NCBI GenBank assembly: GCA_964559915.1 | Contig: CAZLJP010000002.1 | Span: 130,423-194,422 of the forward strand | DNA from: an uncultured Candidatus Saccharibacteria bacterium | GTDB lineage: Bacteria > Patescibacteriota > Saccharimonadia > Saccharimonadales > JALRHH01 | Direction of reading: 5' to 3' | DNA: 64,000 nt | Part shown: positions 1 to 9,295 of the stretch, one piece after another | Position numbering within the stretch: position 1 is the first letter of the stretch | Layout: each line of letters begins with the position of its first letter | Made by a program: the position numbers and the translations under genes | Notes under the pieces: generated by a model | Seen by the model: the letters and a program-made list of their open reading frames with translations, nothing else | Told to the model about the DNA's origin: nothing | The model's database searches: none

Positions 1-417
1 AGCTCACTAGTTTGACAGGTTTTCCAAATTCTTGAATAATTTTTTTATCCAATTTGGTCATGTATTTTGGTAATAAAAAGACGAATATTCCATCGGTGGG
101 CGGTAATTCCTCGGCCCAAAAGTTACCCCAAACTACCCTTACCAGATGACGATATCGCCATGTTCGAACGCGACAGATTAAGACCAGTACCGGATTGAGC
201 TCGTAGCCTGTAGCCCTATAGCCCCGCCTTGCAGCAGCAATCAATACTTTACCGTCACCGCAGCCCAGCTCGAGCAAATGTTGACCATTTTTAAGATTCA
301 GTAGCTTGAATGCTGCATCCACCTGGGGGCGTAGTGTTGGTACATACGGTGCTCCAAATAACAACACCATACCAAAGAGCAGCACTATAATTGCAGAGCC
401 AAGCAACAGCCAACTCA
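1..417 (-). CDS. class I SAM-dependent methyltransferase with N-terminal membrane anchor (partial; C-terminal part lies beyond the left edge)
   Basis: Absent from the ORF track. A reverse-strand ATG at 415-417 directly follows the xseB stop (418-420), and the frame stays open to base 1 (139 codons). Hand translation: MSWLLLGSAIIVLLFGMVLLFGAPYVPTLRPQVDAAFKLLNLKNGQHLLELGCGDGKVLIAAARRGYRATGYELNPVLV... The N-terminus is hydrophobic, and LELGCGDG matches the glycine-rich SAM-binding motif I. Confidence 0.6.
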
Positions 418-615
418 TTATTTGCCGAGGTCGGCTTTGACCTTGCTAATAGTGTTCTCTGCTTGTTTTAAGTAGGTTTCCAGTTCCTTGGCGATTTTCA
501 CGCCACGTTCGTAAAGCTTTAGTGAAGTATCAATATCCGTCTCGTCACTCTGCAAGCGCTGCAGGATATCATCCAATTCTGTTTGGAGGGCTACATAATC
601 AATAGGTTTTGTCAT
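418..615 (-). CDS. xseB: exodeoxyribonuclease VII small subunit
   Basis: 65-aa helical protein. LQTELDDILQRLQSDETDIDTSLKLYERGVKIAKE fits the XseB pattern. It overlaps the upstream xseA by 4 nt (612-615). Confidence 0.85.
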   Translation of the reverse strand: MTKPIDYVALQTELDDILQRLQSDETDIDTSLKLYERGVKIAKELETYLKQAENTISKVKADLGK

Positions 616-1751
616 TTTTCTATTATAACCTGTTTAATTGTTGCTTCAGCAGAACCGTCATGCAGTTCTAGCATAATAACTTGGTCTTTTGTAAGCTGAG
701 AAACTGAGGTAAGTGGTCCACCAGCTTCGGAACGCAAGATTGTATACCCGCGCGACAAGGCAGCTGTTGGGCTCAAAGCACTCAGCAAACTAGCCGCACT
801 TTCTATGCGCCGTTTCTCGTATTCTAACCTGCTAAGAATTGCATGTTCTAAATCTTGCATGTGCCGAACGAGCTGCTGTCGACCAGCAGCAATACGACTT
901 GATAATGCTCGTAGCATATCCTCGGGATATGCTCGAAGCAGTGCTATCTCTTGTTTCTTGTCTGGTACAAGCAGCTCTGCTGCATTGCTTGGCGTGCTTG
1001 CTCGTTGGTCAGCTGCAAGCTCAGCTAGACTAATATCTACTTCGTGACCGATAGCAACTAGTGTAGGGATGCGGCTACCAGCTACGGCCCGCGTGACTTG
1101 CTCGGTACTAAACGCGGCCAGGTCTTCTGCACTGCCACCGCCACGAGTCATGACAATAACATCAACTGGTTCAGCCTGGCTATTAAAGTAATGGAGTGCC
1201 GCCTCAATTTGTGGCACCGCAGCCTCGCCTTGGACCTGGACATCGGCTAACTCAACCTGCAGCCCACCCCACCGTGCATTAATAATTTTTACAAAATCAT
1301 GGTATGCCGCCGATTCGCCCGATGTGATAAGTCCAATACGCTGCGGCAGTTGTGGTAAGAGTCTTTTGCGCTCAGGAGCGAATAAGCCTTCGGCTCGTAG
1401 TTTGGCTTCCAGTAATGCAGCTGCCTTTTTGATAGAGCCCTCACCCGCTGGCTGTATTGATGCAATATTCACACTAAAACCAAATTGCTGATGAAGTCGT
1501 GGTACGCCGCGCACCTTCAACAACATGCCGTCTTCCAACGGCCCGCTCAGCTGATAGACAGTGCCGAAGCATTTAACACTCGACGTCTCATCCTTCAAAT
1601 CAAAATACACCCACCTGTTTTTACTAATTCGAAAGTTTGCCAACTCACCCTGAATAACCACGCTGGGATAGGCGTATTCCAAAGTCTGATTCAGTGACGC
1701 AACAAAATCAGAGACAGACCATATGATTTCTAACTCAGAGTCTAGGTTCAT
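612..1751 (-). CDS. xseA: exodeoxyribonuclease VII large subunit
   Basis: 379 aa. It has an N-terminal OB-fold-like segment (VVIQGELANFRISKNRWVYFDLKDE) and core segments GLITSGESAAYHDF, VIVMTRGGGSAEDL and IPTLVAIGHEVD typical of XseA. It is translationally coupled to xseB. Confidence 0.9.
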   Translation of the reverse strand: MNLDSELEIIWSVSDFVASLNQTLEYAYPSVVIQGELANFRISKNRWVYFDLKDETSSVKCFGTVYQLSGPLEDGMLLKVRGVPRLHQQFGFSVNIASIQPAGEGSIKKAAALLEAKLRAEGLFAPERKRLLPQLPQRIGLITSGESAAYHDFVKIINARWGGLQVELADVQVQGEAAVPQIEAALHYFNSQAEPVDVIVMTRGGGSAEDLAAFSTEQVTRAVAGSRIPTLVAIGHEVDISLAELAADQRASTPSNAAELLVPDKKQEIALLRAYPEDMLRALSSRIAAGRQQLVRHMQDLEHAILSRLEYEKRRIESAASLLSALSPTAALSRGYTILRSEAGGPLTSVSQLTKDQVIMLELHDGSAEATIKQVIIEK

Positions 1752-2794
1752 AGCAGTGGTTTAACTGGCTTACCATGCAACGCTCGGTAGTACAGATAGG
1801 CGCCCTGCGGCAGAGCAATCAGCATATTCAGCACACGGTACATAATCGTCACAGGTATACTGACGCTCGCTGGCACACCCGCAGCCACAAGCACACCAGT
1901 CATCAATGCTTCGTATATACCAATACCACCTGGCAATACCGATATAATGCCGGCAAAATTAGCCACTGCATAGGCCAATATGATTGCTCCCGGGTTCACT
2001 AGGTGACCAAAGGCAATATAGACTGTAAAGATAGATAAAATCTCAAATACGCTGAAGCCCAAAGCGAATATAAATGGGCGCTTGAGCTGCGCTAGGTTAC
2101 GGCGTATCAGCAAGAAATTCTCATGTAGTTCAAGAAATCCAGCTTGCGCCTTAGCAATATTAATCGTCTCTGGGTGCTTGGGCCGCACAAGATGAATAAT
2201 GCGATTGAGCGCCTTGGTCACAAATGTAAAGAATGCGTTGATGCGTGTCTTGTTGCCAATGATATAAGCCAGTAGTATTGAACCGACCAATAGTAAGGTA
2301 GTGAGCGAACTGGCGACCAGAATGGTCAGATTATTCACACGTCCATGCAGTGACAGCATAATGACGCCCAACAGTAATAACACCTGAAAGCCACAGAATA
2401 TCAGCATAAAACGCATGAGCTGTACCAATGTAGCCTTGCCCGTCTTTACGCCCTCTTCCCGAAGTCGGAATGGTAGATACGAAAAGCCACTGACTCCCCC
2501 ACTTGGGAATACATTATTAATAAAGTTCAGTTCCAGGCTGAGCCGATACATTGATTTGGTTCGGAAACGCTCACCCAAGACGCGCAAAATACCCTGATAC
2601 AACTTTGCCTGGCTGTAATAGCTGCCGATGTGTAGCGGAATCAGCAAAAGCAGCACAAAGGCATTTACCTTGGTCAGGTTTTGCAGAGTTTCCAGTATCT
2701 GTGCACGCAGGATGTAGGCCAGCCCCACCATAGCCGTAATAGTCAGCCATGTGAAGAGTATTCGCGCTCGGCGCTTACGTTGATATTCGGTCAT
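1748..2794 (-). CDS. flippase-like integral membrane protein (UPF0104 / lysyl-phosphatidylglycerol-synthase TM-region family)
   Basis: 348 aa with about 8 hydrophobic segments and a basic N-terminus (KRRAR). Segments such as IGSYYSQAKLYQGIL and FPSGGVSGFSYLPFRL resemble this family. The assignment is from memory of the family pattern only. Confidence 0.5.
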   Translation of the reverse strand: MTEYQRKRRARILFTWLTITAMVGLAYILRAQILETLQNLTKVNAFVLLLLIPLHIGSYYSQAKLYQGILRVLGERFRTKSMYRLSLELNFINNVFPSGGVSGFSYLPFRLREEGVKTGKATLVQLMRFMLIFCGFQVLLLLGVIMLSLHGRVNNLTILVASSLTTLLLVGSILLAYIIGNKTRINAFFTFVTKALNRIIHLVRPKHPETINIAKAQAGFLELHENFLLIRRNLAQLKRPFIFALGFSVFEILSIFTVYIAFGHLVNPGAIILAYAVANFAGIISVLPGGIGIYEALMTGVLVAAGVPASVSIPVTIMYRVLNMLIALPQGAYLYYRALHGKPVKPLL

Positions 2795-2822
2795 TGCTGC
2801 CTATTATCGTATAATCCTAGTA

Positions 2823-3992
2823 ATGTCGCAATCTGTTTTAATACTAGGTCGCCAGCCAGCCCTTGGTATGGCCGAAGCCGAGAGTCTTTTTGGTGCGGAA
2901 AAACTCACACCAATTGGCCTACAGTCAGTAGTGGTAGATATACCGTCGAGCGATGTCCCGTTTACCCGGCTTGGTGGCTCCACGCGTGTTGCCAAACTCC
3001 TGACCTATCTGCCGACGACCAAGTGGGATGATATAGAGAAATACATCGTGGCCGAGCTACCGAAGCACACCTGCTGCCTGCCCGAAGGCAAAATTAAAAT
3101 TGGTATTAGCACATACGGCCTACAAGTAAATATTCGTCGCCTAAATGCCAGTGGTCTGACATTTAAAAAAGCCGTCAAGGCAGATGGTCGCTCCGTACGT
3201 ATTGTGCCCAACAAAGAATTAGAGCTTAACACCGCTCAAGTGCAGCACAATCAGCTCACCAGCCCTCTCGGCATGGAATTACTACTTATTCGTGATGGCG
3301 AGCGCACGGCTCTGGCCCAAACAGTGCACGTCCAAAATATAGAAGCATACGCCGCCCGTGATCAAGCGCGCCCAGCGCGTGATGCCAGAGTGGGCATGCT
3401 GCCACCAAAACTCGCCCAAATTATTGTTAACCTCGGAGTTACTGCTGAAACCAAAGCCGTACTCGATCCATTCTGCGGCACCGGAGTGGTGCTGCAGGAG
3501 GCTATGTTGATGGGCTACGACGCCTATGGCACAGATTTAGAAGACCGCATGATTGATTATTCCAAGAAAAATCTTGAGTGGCTGGCCGAAAAGCACGATT
3601 TTGATGGCCAAACTTTATTACTAGAGGCCGGTGACGCCACAAATTATCAGTGGCAAAATTTTGATACTATTGCTGGTGAAACCTACCTAGGTCGCCCTTT
3701 CTCATCTGAGCCAAAGCCAGATGTGCTGCAAGAAGTAATGCGCGATGTCGATACAATCCACCGCAAATTCCTAAAAAACGTAGCCAAACAAACTCAAGCT
3801 GGCTTTCGGATGACTATTGCCGTACCCGCCTGGAAAACAAAACAAGGCTTCAAACACTTGGCAACGCTTGATTCTCTCGAGGAATTAGGCTATAATCGGG
3901 TGAGTTTTGTCCATGCGGACACACGGGATTTGATTTATCATCGGGAAAACCAGATAGTCGGCCGTGAATTAGTAACACTGATAAGGAAGTAA
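2823..3992 (+). CDS. SAM-dependent RNA methyltransferase (UPF0020 / Trm11-RlmL-like)
   Basis: 389 aa. The motif I region LDPFCGTGVVLQEAMLMGYDAYGTDLE matches the DPFCGSGT signature of this family. An N-terminal non-catalytic domain precedes it. The catalytic (D/N)PPY motif is not obvious (ETYLGRPF). Confidence 0.55.
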   Translation: MSQSVLILGRQPALGMAEAESLFGAEKLTPIGLQSVVVDIPSSDVPFTRLGGSTRVAKLLTYLPTTKWDDIEKYIVAELPKHTCCLPEGKIKIGISTYGLQVNIRRLNASGLTFKKAVKADGRSVRIVPNKELELNTAQVQHNQLTSPLGMELLLIRDGERTALAQTVHVQNIEAYAARDQARPARDARVGMLPPKLAQIIVNLGVTAETKAVLDPFCGTGVVLQEAMLMGYDAYGTDLEDRMIDYSKKNLEWLAEKHDFDGQTLLLEAGDATNYQWQNFDTIAGETYLGRPFSSEPKPDVLQEVMRDVDTIHRKFLKNVAKQTQAGFRMTIAVPAWKTKQGFKHLATLDSLEELGYNRVSFVHADTRDLIYHRENQIVGRELVTLIRK

Positions 3993-3993
3993 G

Positions 3994-4266
3994 ATGTCAA
4001 AAGTTAAAGCTGGTGGATCCAGTAAAAACGTCCATGATAGTCCCGGCCAGCGGCTCGGCGTCAAAATTTTTGGTGGCGAAAAAGTTCGCACCGGTCAAGT
4101 TATCATCCGTCAGACTGGTCTGACCAAGCGTGCTGGTGACGGTACCTTTGTATCACGCAACTTTACAATTCACGCTGCCAAAGATGGCATCGTAACCTAC
4201 GCAAAGCGACGGTACCGCCTCTTTAGCGGTAAAACCGTCCAACGCACCGAAGTTACCGTTAAGTAA
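3994..4266 (+). CDS. rpmA: 50S ribosomal protein L27
   Basis: 90 aa. KAGGSSKNVHDSPGQRLGVKIFGGEKVRTGQVIIRQTG matches the L27 N-terminal consensus (KAGGST.NGRDS..K.LGVK.FGG). Confidence 0.92.
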   Translation: MSKVKAGGSSKNVHDSPGQRLGVKIFGGEKVRTGQVIIRQTGLTKRAGDGTFVSRNFTIHAAKDGIVTYAKRRYRLFSGKTVQRTEVTVK

Positions 4267-4280
4267 ACGGGATGGTGCAT

Positions 4281-4314
4281 AATACAAAACCGCTCAACCG
4301 AGCGGTTTTGTATT
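4281..4314. terminator. bidirectional intrinsic terminator between convergent rpmA and the HEXXH gene
   Basis: Perfect 15-bp stem: AATACAAAACCGCTC (4281-4295), loop AACC, GAGCGGTTTTGTATT (4300-4314). The A/T runs inside the arms give a U-tract on either strand. Confidence 0.8.
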
Positions 4315-5746
4315 ATGCGGCTTTATCGCTGGACTTTTGCAATTGCTTGACCCGCTCAACCAACTTTTCGGTCATAAATTCATGACCACTCGTGGTTCGA
4401 TAGTTCCTGAACATTTGCAATGAACCAGGGTTTTCCCTCTCTCGTTCCAATAAGAAGTTGGCGTACTCATCAAGTCGTTTGTCTAATGTTTCAGTATCAG
4501 TCCCCACCTGGGCATCATATAGACGTTTCAGAACACCATCAAAACCACCAAGGTGGTTGTATGCTTCGCGGCTAAAGGGGTTGCCCTGGTTTTCTATATA
4601 AGCCTTAGGAGTGGCCATCATGACTTCAAGCATATTCGATAAGCCAACATGGTTGGCAACTGCACCAAATATCTCAACCGTAGTTCCACCCTTCACATGG
4701 GACTCCATTTCTTCTACCAGAGAGTGGCCTGTGATAATTCTGTAATACTGGAAAAAGGCTTTCACGTCTTGATATCCATGATTATCGCCAGAAAAGTGCT
4801 CTGCACGCACCTCTTCAGCATTGATACCAAACGATAACTCGTTATCGACACTGATACCTCCTTGTGTGTGCGTGTATTCATGACTAAGTGCGGTTAAATC
4901 CCCTTTTAAGTATTCATCGGTATACCAATCTGTATTCTGGATAACGGTAGGGTCACGTAATTTCTCTGCCAATGCCATCGATATACACAGCGTACGAGTA
5001 CCGTTTAAATCCGTTACCCATGCTGGCGCAAGTGAACCATCAAACCCGAGCTCCTTAGCAAACTGTCCGGCGCGAACCTGCAGCCCCATTTTCCACGCCC
5101 GAACGTCACTACTCAAATTCTGTTGGGTGGCCAGCTCTGGGTCATCATATGGTAGCGAGTAGTCTGGTACAGCCACATCTAGCCCATGGAGCTGTGTTTG
5201 ATCTGCGATACTTAAGACTCTAATTTCGTATGGGTCTTCGTTGTCTGGTGTTATGCCCAGTTTGGTTTTAGCAGCATCAAGAAATCCGTTATGAATTATG
5301 TCGCTAACTTCTTTGGAAAGCTGCTTATCGGTATACTTTTCGTATACAGCTTGCTCGGCCTGGACATCATACCCTTTTTCGGCCTCAATCATAACAGATG
5401 CATCATGAAACATATCGCTATGTTTATGCGCCAAAAGCGCCATCGTATCAGTTATGAAAAGTTTTTCTTTGTATGCTTTGTGGTCCTTCTCGTCTTCGAC
5501 TCCTGCCCACCGCGAGGCAATACCTGCAAACACCAGCGAGCGACCTTCGTCATCAAACAACGACGGCTTGATGCCAAATTCCGCAATCAGATTTTTACCT
5601 GCTTCAGCGATTTCGGGACGAGCAGCAATCTCTGGAATATTTTGTGTCAATTCCGCCATAGACTGTTCAAAACGAATTGAACTCTCTTGCAGCATCTGCT
5701 GCTCTAAAGCAAGCTCTTCTTCGGGGGGTTTTGGAATTTCTGGCAT
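4313..5746 (-). CDS. hypothetical protein with HEXXH zinc-metallopeptidase motif (family not recognised)
   Basis: 477-aa ORF. H289-E-Y-T-H293 is encoded at 4868-4882, followed by E311/E312 (INAEEVRAEHF), a thermolysin-like spacing. It has no N-terminal signal peptide or TM segment. It has its own promoter-like and terminator elements. Confidence 0.6.
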   Translation of the reverse strand: MPEIPKPPEEELALEQQMLQESSIRFEQSMAELTQNIPEIAARPEIAEAGKNLIAEFGIKPSLFDDEGRSLVFAGIASRWAGVEDEKDHKAYKEKLFITDTMALLAHKHSDMFHDASVMIEAEKGYDVQAEQAVYEKYTDKQLSKEVSDIIHNGFLDAAKTKLGITPDNEDPYEIRVLSIADQTQLHGLDVAVPDYSLPYDDPELATQQNLSSDVRAWKMGLQVRAGQFAKELGFDGSLAPAWVTDLNGTRTLCISMALAEKLRDPTVIQNTDWYTDEYLKGDLTALSHEYTHTQGGISVDNELSFGINAEEVRAEHFSGDNHGYQDVKAFFQYYRIITGHSLVEEMESHVKGGTTVEIFGAVANHVGLSNMLEVMMATPKAYIENQGNPFSREAYNHLGGFDGVLKRLYDAQVGTDTETLDKRLDEYANFLLERERENPGSLQMFRNYRTTSGHEFMTEKLVERVKQLQKSSDKAA

Positions 5747-5775
5747 GGTTTTTGTTTTAGAGTTTTACATCTATA

Positions 5776-5804
5776 AATGTAGCATTTTTTGGCCATTTTG
5801 TCAA
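5776..5804 (-). promoter_or_regulatory. sigma-70-like promoter for the HEXXH gene
   Basis: On the minus strand: TTGACA (5799-5804), a 17-nt spacer, then TACATT (5776-5781). This lies about 30 nt upstream of the ATG at 5746. Confidence 0.4.
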
Positions 5805-5811
5805 TGTTATG

Positions 5812-5837
5812 AAATACAAAACCACCCTGTTGGGTGG
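5812..5837 (-). terminator. intrinsic terminator after the response-regulator gene
   Basis: On the minus strand: CCACCC-AACA-GGGTGG (5822-5837) followed by UUUUGUAUUU (5812-5821). It begins 24 nt downstream of the stop at 5861. Confidence 0.55.
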
Positions 5838-5860
5838 CTTTAAGAATATCGTACTATTAT

Positions 5861-6268
5861 CTAAGCTATGCCGAGGTGGGCTTTGATGCGAGCTACCACA
5901 TCAGCGATAACAACTTGAGATTTGACCAGGTATTCATCTACGCCCAGGCCAATGGCACGTTCGCGGTCGCTTTCCTGGCTCAACGCGGTCAGCATGATAA
6001 TTTTGACGTTGGTTGTCTCTGGCGTGTTGCGCAGAATATCCAATACGTCAAAACCACTAACCTTGGGCATCATAACGTCCAGAATGATGAGATCAGGCTT
6101 ATATTCAATAGCGGCAGCGAGGGCTTCTTCACCGTTGGCAACACGACGTGTGTTCAGGCCTTCTGCCTCAAGGCGAGTCTGATACACGCTCGCAAGTGCA
6201 TCATCGTCTTCTACGAGGAGAATTTTTTTGTTACTTGCTGCGGGAGGTGGGGTTTGTTGTGGATCCAT
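5861..6268 (-). CDS. single-domain response regulator (CheY-like receiver only)
   Basis: Receiver-domain hallmarks are present: KKILLVEDDD, DLIILDVMMP (phospho-acceptor Asp), IIMLTA and DEYLVKS. I trimmed the track ORF (to 6400) to the ATG at 6266-6268 (MDPQQTPPPAASNKK...), because the longer form overlaps the pyrG 3' end. Confidence 0.8.
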   Translation of the reverse strand: MDPQQTPPPAASNKKILLVEDDDALASVYQTRLEAEGLNTRRVANGEEALAAAIEYKPDLIILDVMMPKVSGFDVLDILRNTPETTNVKIIMLTALSQESDRERAIGLGVDEYLVKSQVVIADVVARIKAHLGIA

Positions 6269-6287
6269 ACCGTTAATGCTACATGAT

Positions 6288-7889
6288 TTAGCTGATTGCC
6301 GCAATAAAGCCAGCAAACAGTGGGTGTGGACGATTGGGTCGGGATTTGAATTCTGGGTGTGCCTGTGTGGCGATAAAGTACGGGTGCTCGGTGGCCTCAA
6401 TTATCTCGACTAAATGCCCATCTGGGCTCGTACCGCTGGCTTTAATGCCCCATGATTCGTACTGATCCCTGTAGGCATTGTTGCATTCGTAGCGATGACG
6501 ATGGCGCTCTATGATTTTGGTGCTGCCGTATACTTTTTCTGCTAGACTACCCTTTTCTATCGTACAAGTATAATCACCAAGACGCATGGTCCCACCGGTG
6601 TTTTCTTTGCCTTTTTGGTCAGCCATGGTGCTAATCAGCAGCGTATCACTATCTGGGTTAAGTTCTTCGCTAGTAGCTGTTGCTAAGCCACCGTTGCGCG
6701 CCGCTGCAATCACACCCATCTGTAGGCCCAAACACAGCCCAAGGTATGGTGTTTTGTGCTTGAGCGCATACTGTGCGGCCCTAATCTTGCCTTCCAGCGC
6801 ACGCTGCCCAAAACCGCCAGGTACGATAATGCCATCGCAGTCTTTAATGATTTCGCCTATTGCATCCTCATCAGCACCGTCCAGTGCCTCAGCATCAATC
6901 CAGTCAACATGCAGATCAACCTTTGCCTGCCAGGCAGCTGCCGACAAGGCCTCTGTCACCGACATGTATGTATCGTGATTGTCCATGTATTTAGCAATCA
7001 TGCCGACCTTGACCTTCTTAGTTGGGATGCTGAGTGCTCGGTCAACCATAGCCCGCCACTCAGCGTGTTCTGGTGTTTTGCTACGAATACCAAGGCGAGT
7101 GCACAACACGTCAGCAATGCCCATATCTTCGAGTGTTAGGGGCACTTGGTAAATCGTCTTGGCATTGGGCAGCAGTGCGATAGCCTCTGGCGCAACACCA
7201 GAATAGAGGCTGAGTTTTTCTAGTATTCGCTTAGGTGCTTTGGTTTCGGTACGCACCATCAGGGCATCAGGCACGATACCAAGACCACGCAAATCACGCA
7301 CCGCGTTCTGTGCGGGTTTAGTCTTGAACTCGTGACTGGCGCCAAGATATGGCATGTACACCACATGCACAAAGGCGCTGTTTTCGCGGCCAACCTTCAG
7401 TGATAATTCACGAATAGCCTCAATAAAGCTGAGGCCTTCGTAGTCACCAACCGTACCGCCAATCTCCACAATCTGGATATCAAACCCCTGGCTAGCCTGC
7501 AGAATTTCTTCCTGCATCGCATTGGTAACATGTGGAATAAACTGAACTGTTTTACCACCGTATTTGCCATTACGTTCATTCTCGAACACTTTGCGCAGTA
7601 CACGGCCGCTCATTACTGAGCTGCTCTGCGTCAGCTCTTCATCAATAAATCGTTCGTAGTGACCAAGGTCCAGATCAGTTTCTGCGCCGTCTTTAGTCAC
7701 AAAACACTCACCATGCTCTGCAGGGTTCAGTAGACCAGCATCAATATTCAGATACGGGTCGAGTTTTTGGATGTTTACTTTGAGCCCGCGGGCTTTGAAG
7801 AGATTTCCGAGTGAGGCGGCGGTGATACCCTTTCCTAATCCGGAAAGCACACCACCTGTTACAAATACAAACTTAGTAGCTTGTGCCAC
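6288..7889 (-). CDS. pyrG: CTP synthase
   Basis: 533 aa. It has the N-terminal KFVFVTGGVLSGLGKGITAASLG synthetase motif and the C-terminal glutamine amidotransferase region (LGLCLGLQ, HRHRYE). Confidence 0.95.
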   Translation of the reverse strand: MAQATKFVFVTGGVLSGLGKGITAASLGNLFKARGLKVNIQKLDPYLNIDAGLLNPAEHGECFVTKDGAETDLDLGHYERFIDEELTQSSSVMSGRVLRKVFENERNGKYGGKTVQFIPHVTNAMQEEILQASQGFDIQIVEIGGTVGDYEGLSFIEAIRELSLKVGRENSAFVHVVYMPYLGASHEFKTKPAQNAVRDLRGLGIVPDALMVRTETKAPKRILEKLSLYSGVAPEAIALLPNAKTIYQVPLTLEDMGIADVLCTRLGIRSKTPEHAEWRAMVDRALSIPTKKVKVGMIAKYMDNHDTYMSVTEALSAAAWQAKVDLHVDWIDAEALDGADEDAIGEIIKDCDGIIVPGGFGQRALEGKIRAAQYALKHKTPYLGLCLGLQMGVIAAARNGGLATATSEELNPDSDTLLISTMADQKGKENTGGTMRLGDYTCTIEKGSLAEKVYGSTKIIERHRHRYECNNAYRDQYESWGIKASGTSPDGHLVEIIEATEHPYFIATQAHPEFKSRPNRPHPLFAGFIAAIS

Positions 7890-7995
7890 TCATCCTCCTC
7901 ATGTACTTGCGGTAATACTACCACAGATAGAAATTGCGTTCAAACCTAAAGGCTTGACCACCTTCATTTCAAAGCCTGAAAGGATTTATCTGAAA

Positions 7996-9219
7996 CTATT
8001 TATTCAAGGACTGGATAGCTGCGTCTTTTTGGGGGTCGCGGTTGTTCTTATAATCGTCGTCAGAGCGCTCGATTTTTTGGTCGGGTTCAATACCAATCTT
8101 GTCGATACCATTACCTTTTGGTGTAAACCAGTGAGCACTTGTTACCTTCAGTAAACTACCGTCTTGGAGGCGCTCTAACTGCTGTACGCTCCCCTTGCCA
8201 TAGCTCTTGGTGCCAATCAGGCTAGCCGAGCCGTTGTCTTTCAGGGCGCCAGCGGTGATTTCACTAGCCGAGGCACTACCTTCATTAATTAACACTACTG
8301 TTTTGATACCCTTTAGGACTGGGTTACCACTTGCCTTGAATGTCTTTACTACACGACCATCTTGTTTTTCTAATAGCACTGTCTGACTTGGGTCAAGCCA
8401 CAGGCTGGATACGCTGACAGCCGCATCCAACAAACCACCCGGGTCGCCGCGCAAATCCAGAATCACACCCTTCACATTGGCTGCTTTGAATGAGCTTGCT
8501 GCTTCGCGGGACAATTGAGCTGTATCTGGGCCAAAGCGACTAATAGTCATTAGGCCAATGTTACCTGGCAGAATTTCAGACTTTACACTAGGGATGGTGA
8601 TTTGTGTGCGTTTAATCTCGAGGTTTAACTCCTGACCACCACGTACAATCTTGAGTTTCACCGTGGTATTGGCCTCGCCCCGAATCTTATTTACCGCCTC
8701 GCTGATGCTCAAACCAGACGTACTCTTGTCGTCAACTTCTACGATTAAATCCTTAGCCTTGATACCGGCTTTCTCTGCGGGGAAACCGGCTATTGGCGAA
8801 ATCACTTGGATGTTACCATTAGCGTCCTTGCCTAGTTCGGCACCGATACCTGTGAATGAACCATTTAGTTCGTTATCAAACTCTTTGGCATCTTTGGCGT
8901 TAAAGAATTCGGTGTATGGGTCGCCTGTAGCTTGCGCCAAGCCTTGTTTCAGGCCATCAAGCAGCCGCCCATTATCCAAATCACCATCATATGAGTCACG
9001 TAATTTGTCGTAGATGGCTTCGACTGAGCTGTAATCAAGATTAGCGGGCAACGAAGCGTGTTGTGCGTTGTTCTTGGTCAATGAGGCCAGCAATGTGCCG
9101 TTACCTACCCCGATACCGAGTATAAATATCACTATAGCCGCAAAACTGCGGAATATGGTGCGCTTGAATCTGTTTGATTTTGGCTGTTTGGCTTTTGAAA
9201 TGTCTGCAAATGAAGTCAC
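7996..9219 (-). CDS. ctp: S41 family C-terminal processing peptidase with PDZ domain
   Basis: 407 aa with an N-terminal TM anchor, a PDZ-like segment (GIGAELG...ISPIAGFPAEKAGIKAKDLIVEVD), the catalytic-region GSASASEI motif and DLRGDPGG. Confidence 0.85.
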   Translation of the reverse strand: MTSFADISKAKQPKSNRFKRTIFRSFAAIVIFILGIGVGNGTLLASLTKNNAQHASLPANLDYSSVEAIYDKLRDSYDGDLDNGRLLDGLKQGLAQATGDPYTEFFNAKDAKEFDNELNGSFTGIGAELGKDANGNIQVISPIAGFPAEKAGIKAKDLIVEVDDKSTSGLSISEAVNKIRGEANTTVKLKIVRGGQELNLEIKRTQITIPSVKSEILPGNIGLMTISRFGPDTAQLSREAASSFKAANVKGVILDLRGDPGGLLDAAVSVSSLWLDPSQTVLLEKQDGRVVKTFKASGNPVLKGIKTVVLINEGSASASEITAGALKDNGSASLIGTKSYGKGSVQQLERLQDGSLLKVTSAHWFTPKGNGIDKIGIEPDQKIERSDDDYKNNRDPQKDAAIQSLNK

Positions 9220-9295
9220 TGTGTGTTATATCCCCCGTCAATTTGAACCACCTCATTATACATGCACAAGCATGATGTTCGCCATTATTGTGGGA

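Noticed and set aside
6269-6400. Upstream extensions of track ORFs: response regulator (6269-6400), rpsB (35565-35651), prmC (37953-38090) and the CHAP hydrolase (10445-10528)
   Set aside because: The extensions overlap neighbouring genes or add residues with no counterpart in the families. Internal ATGs give canonical N-termini.
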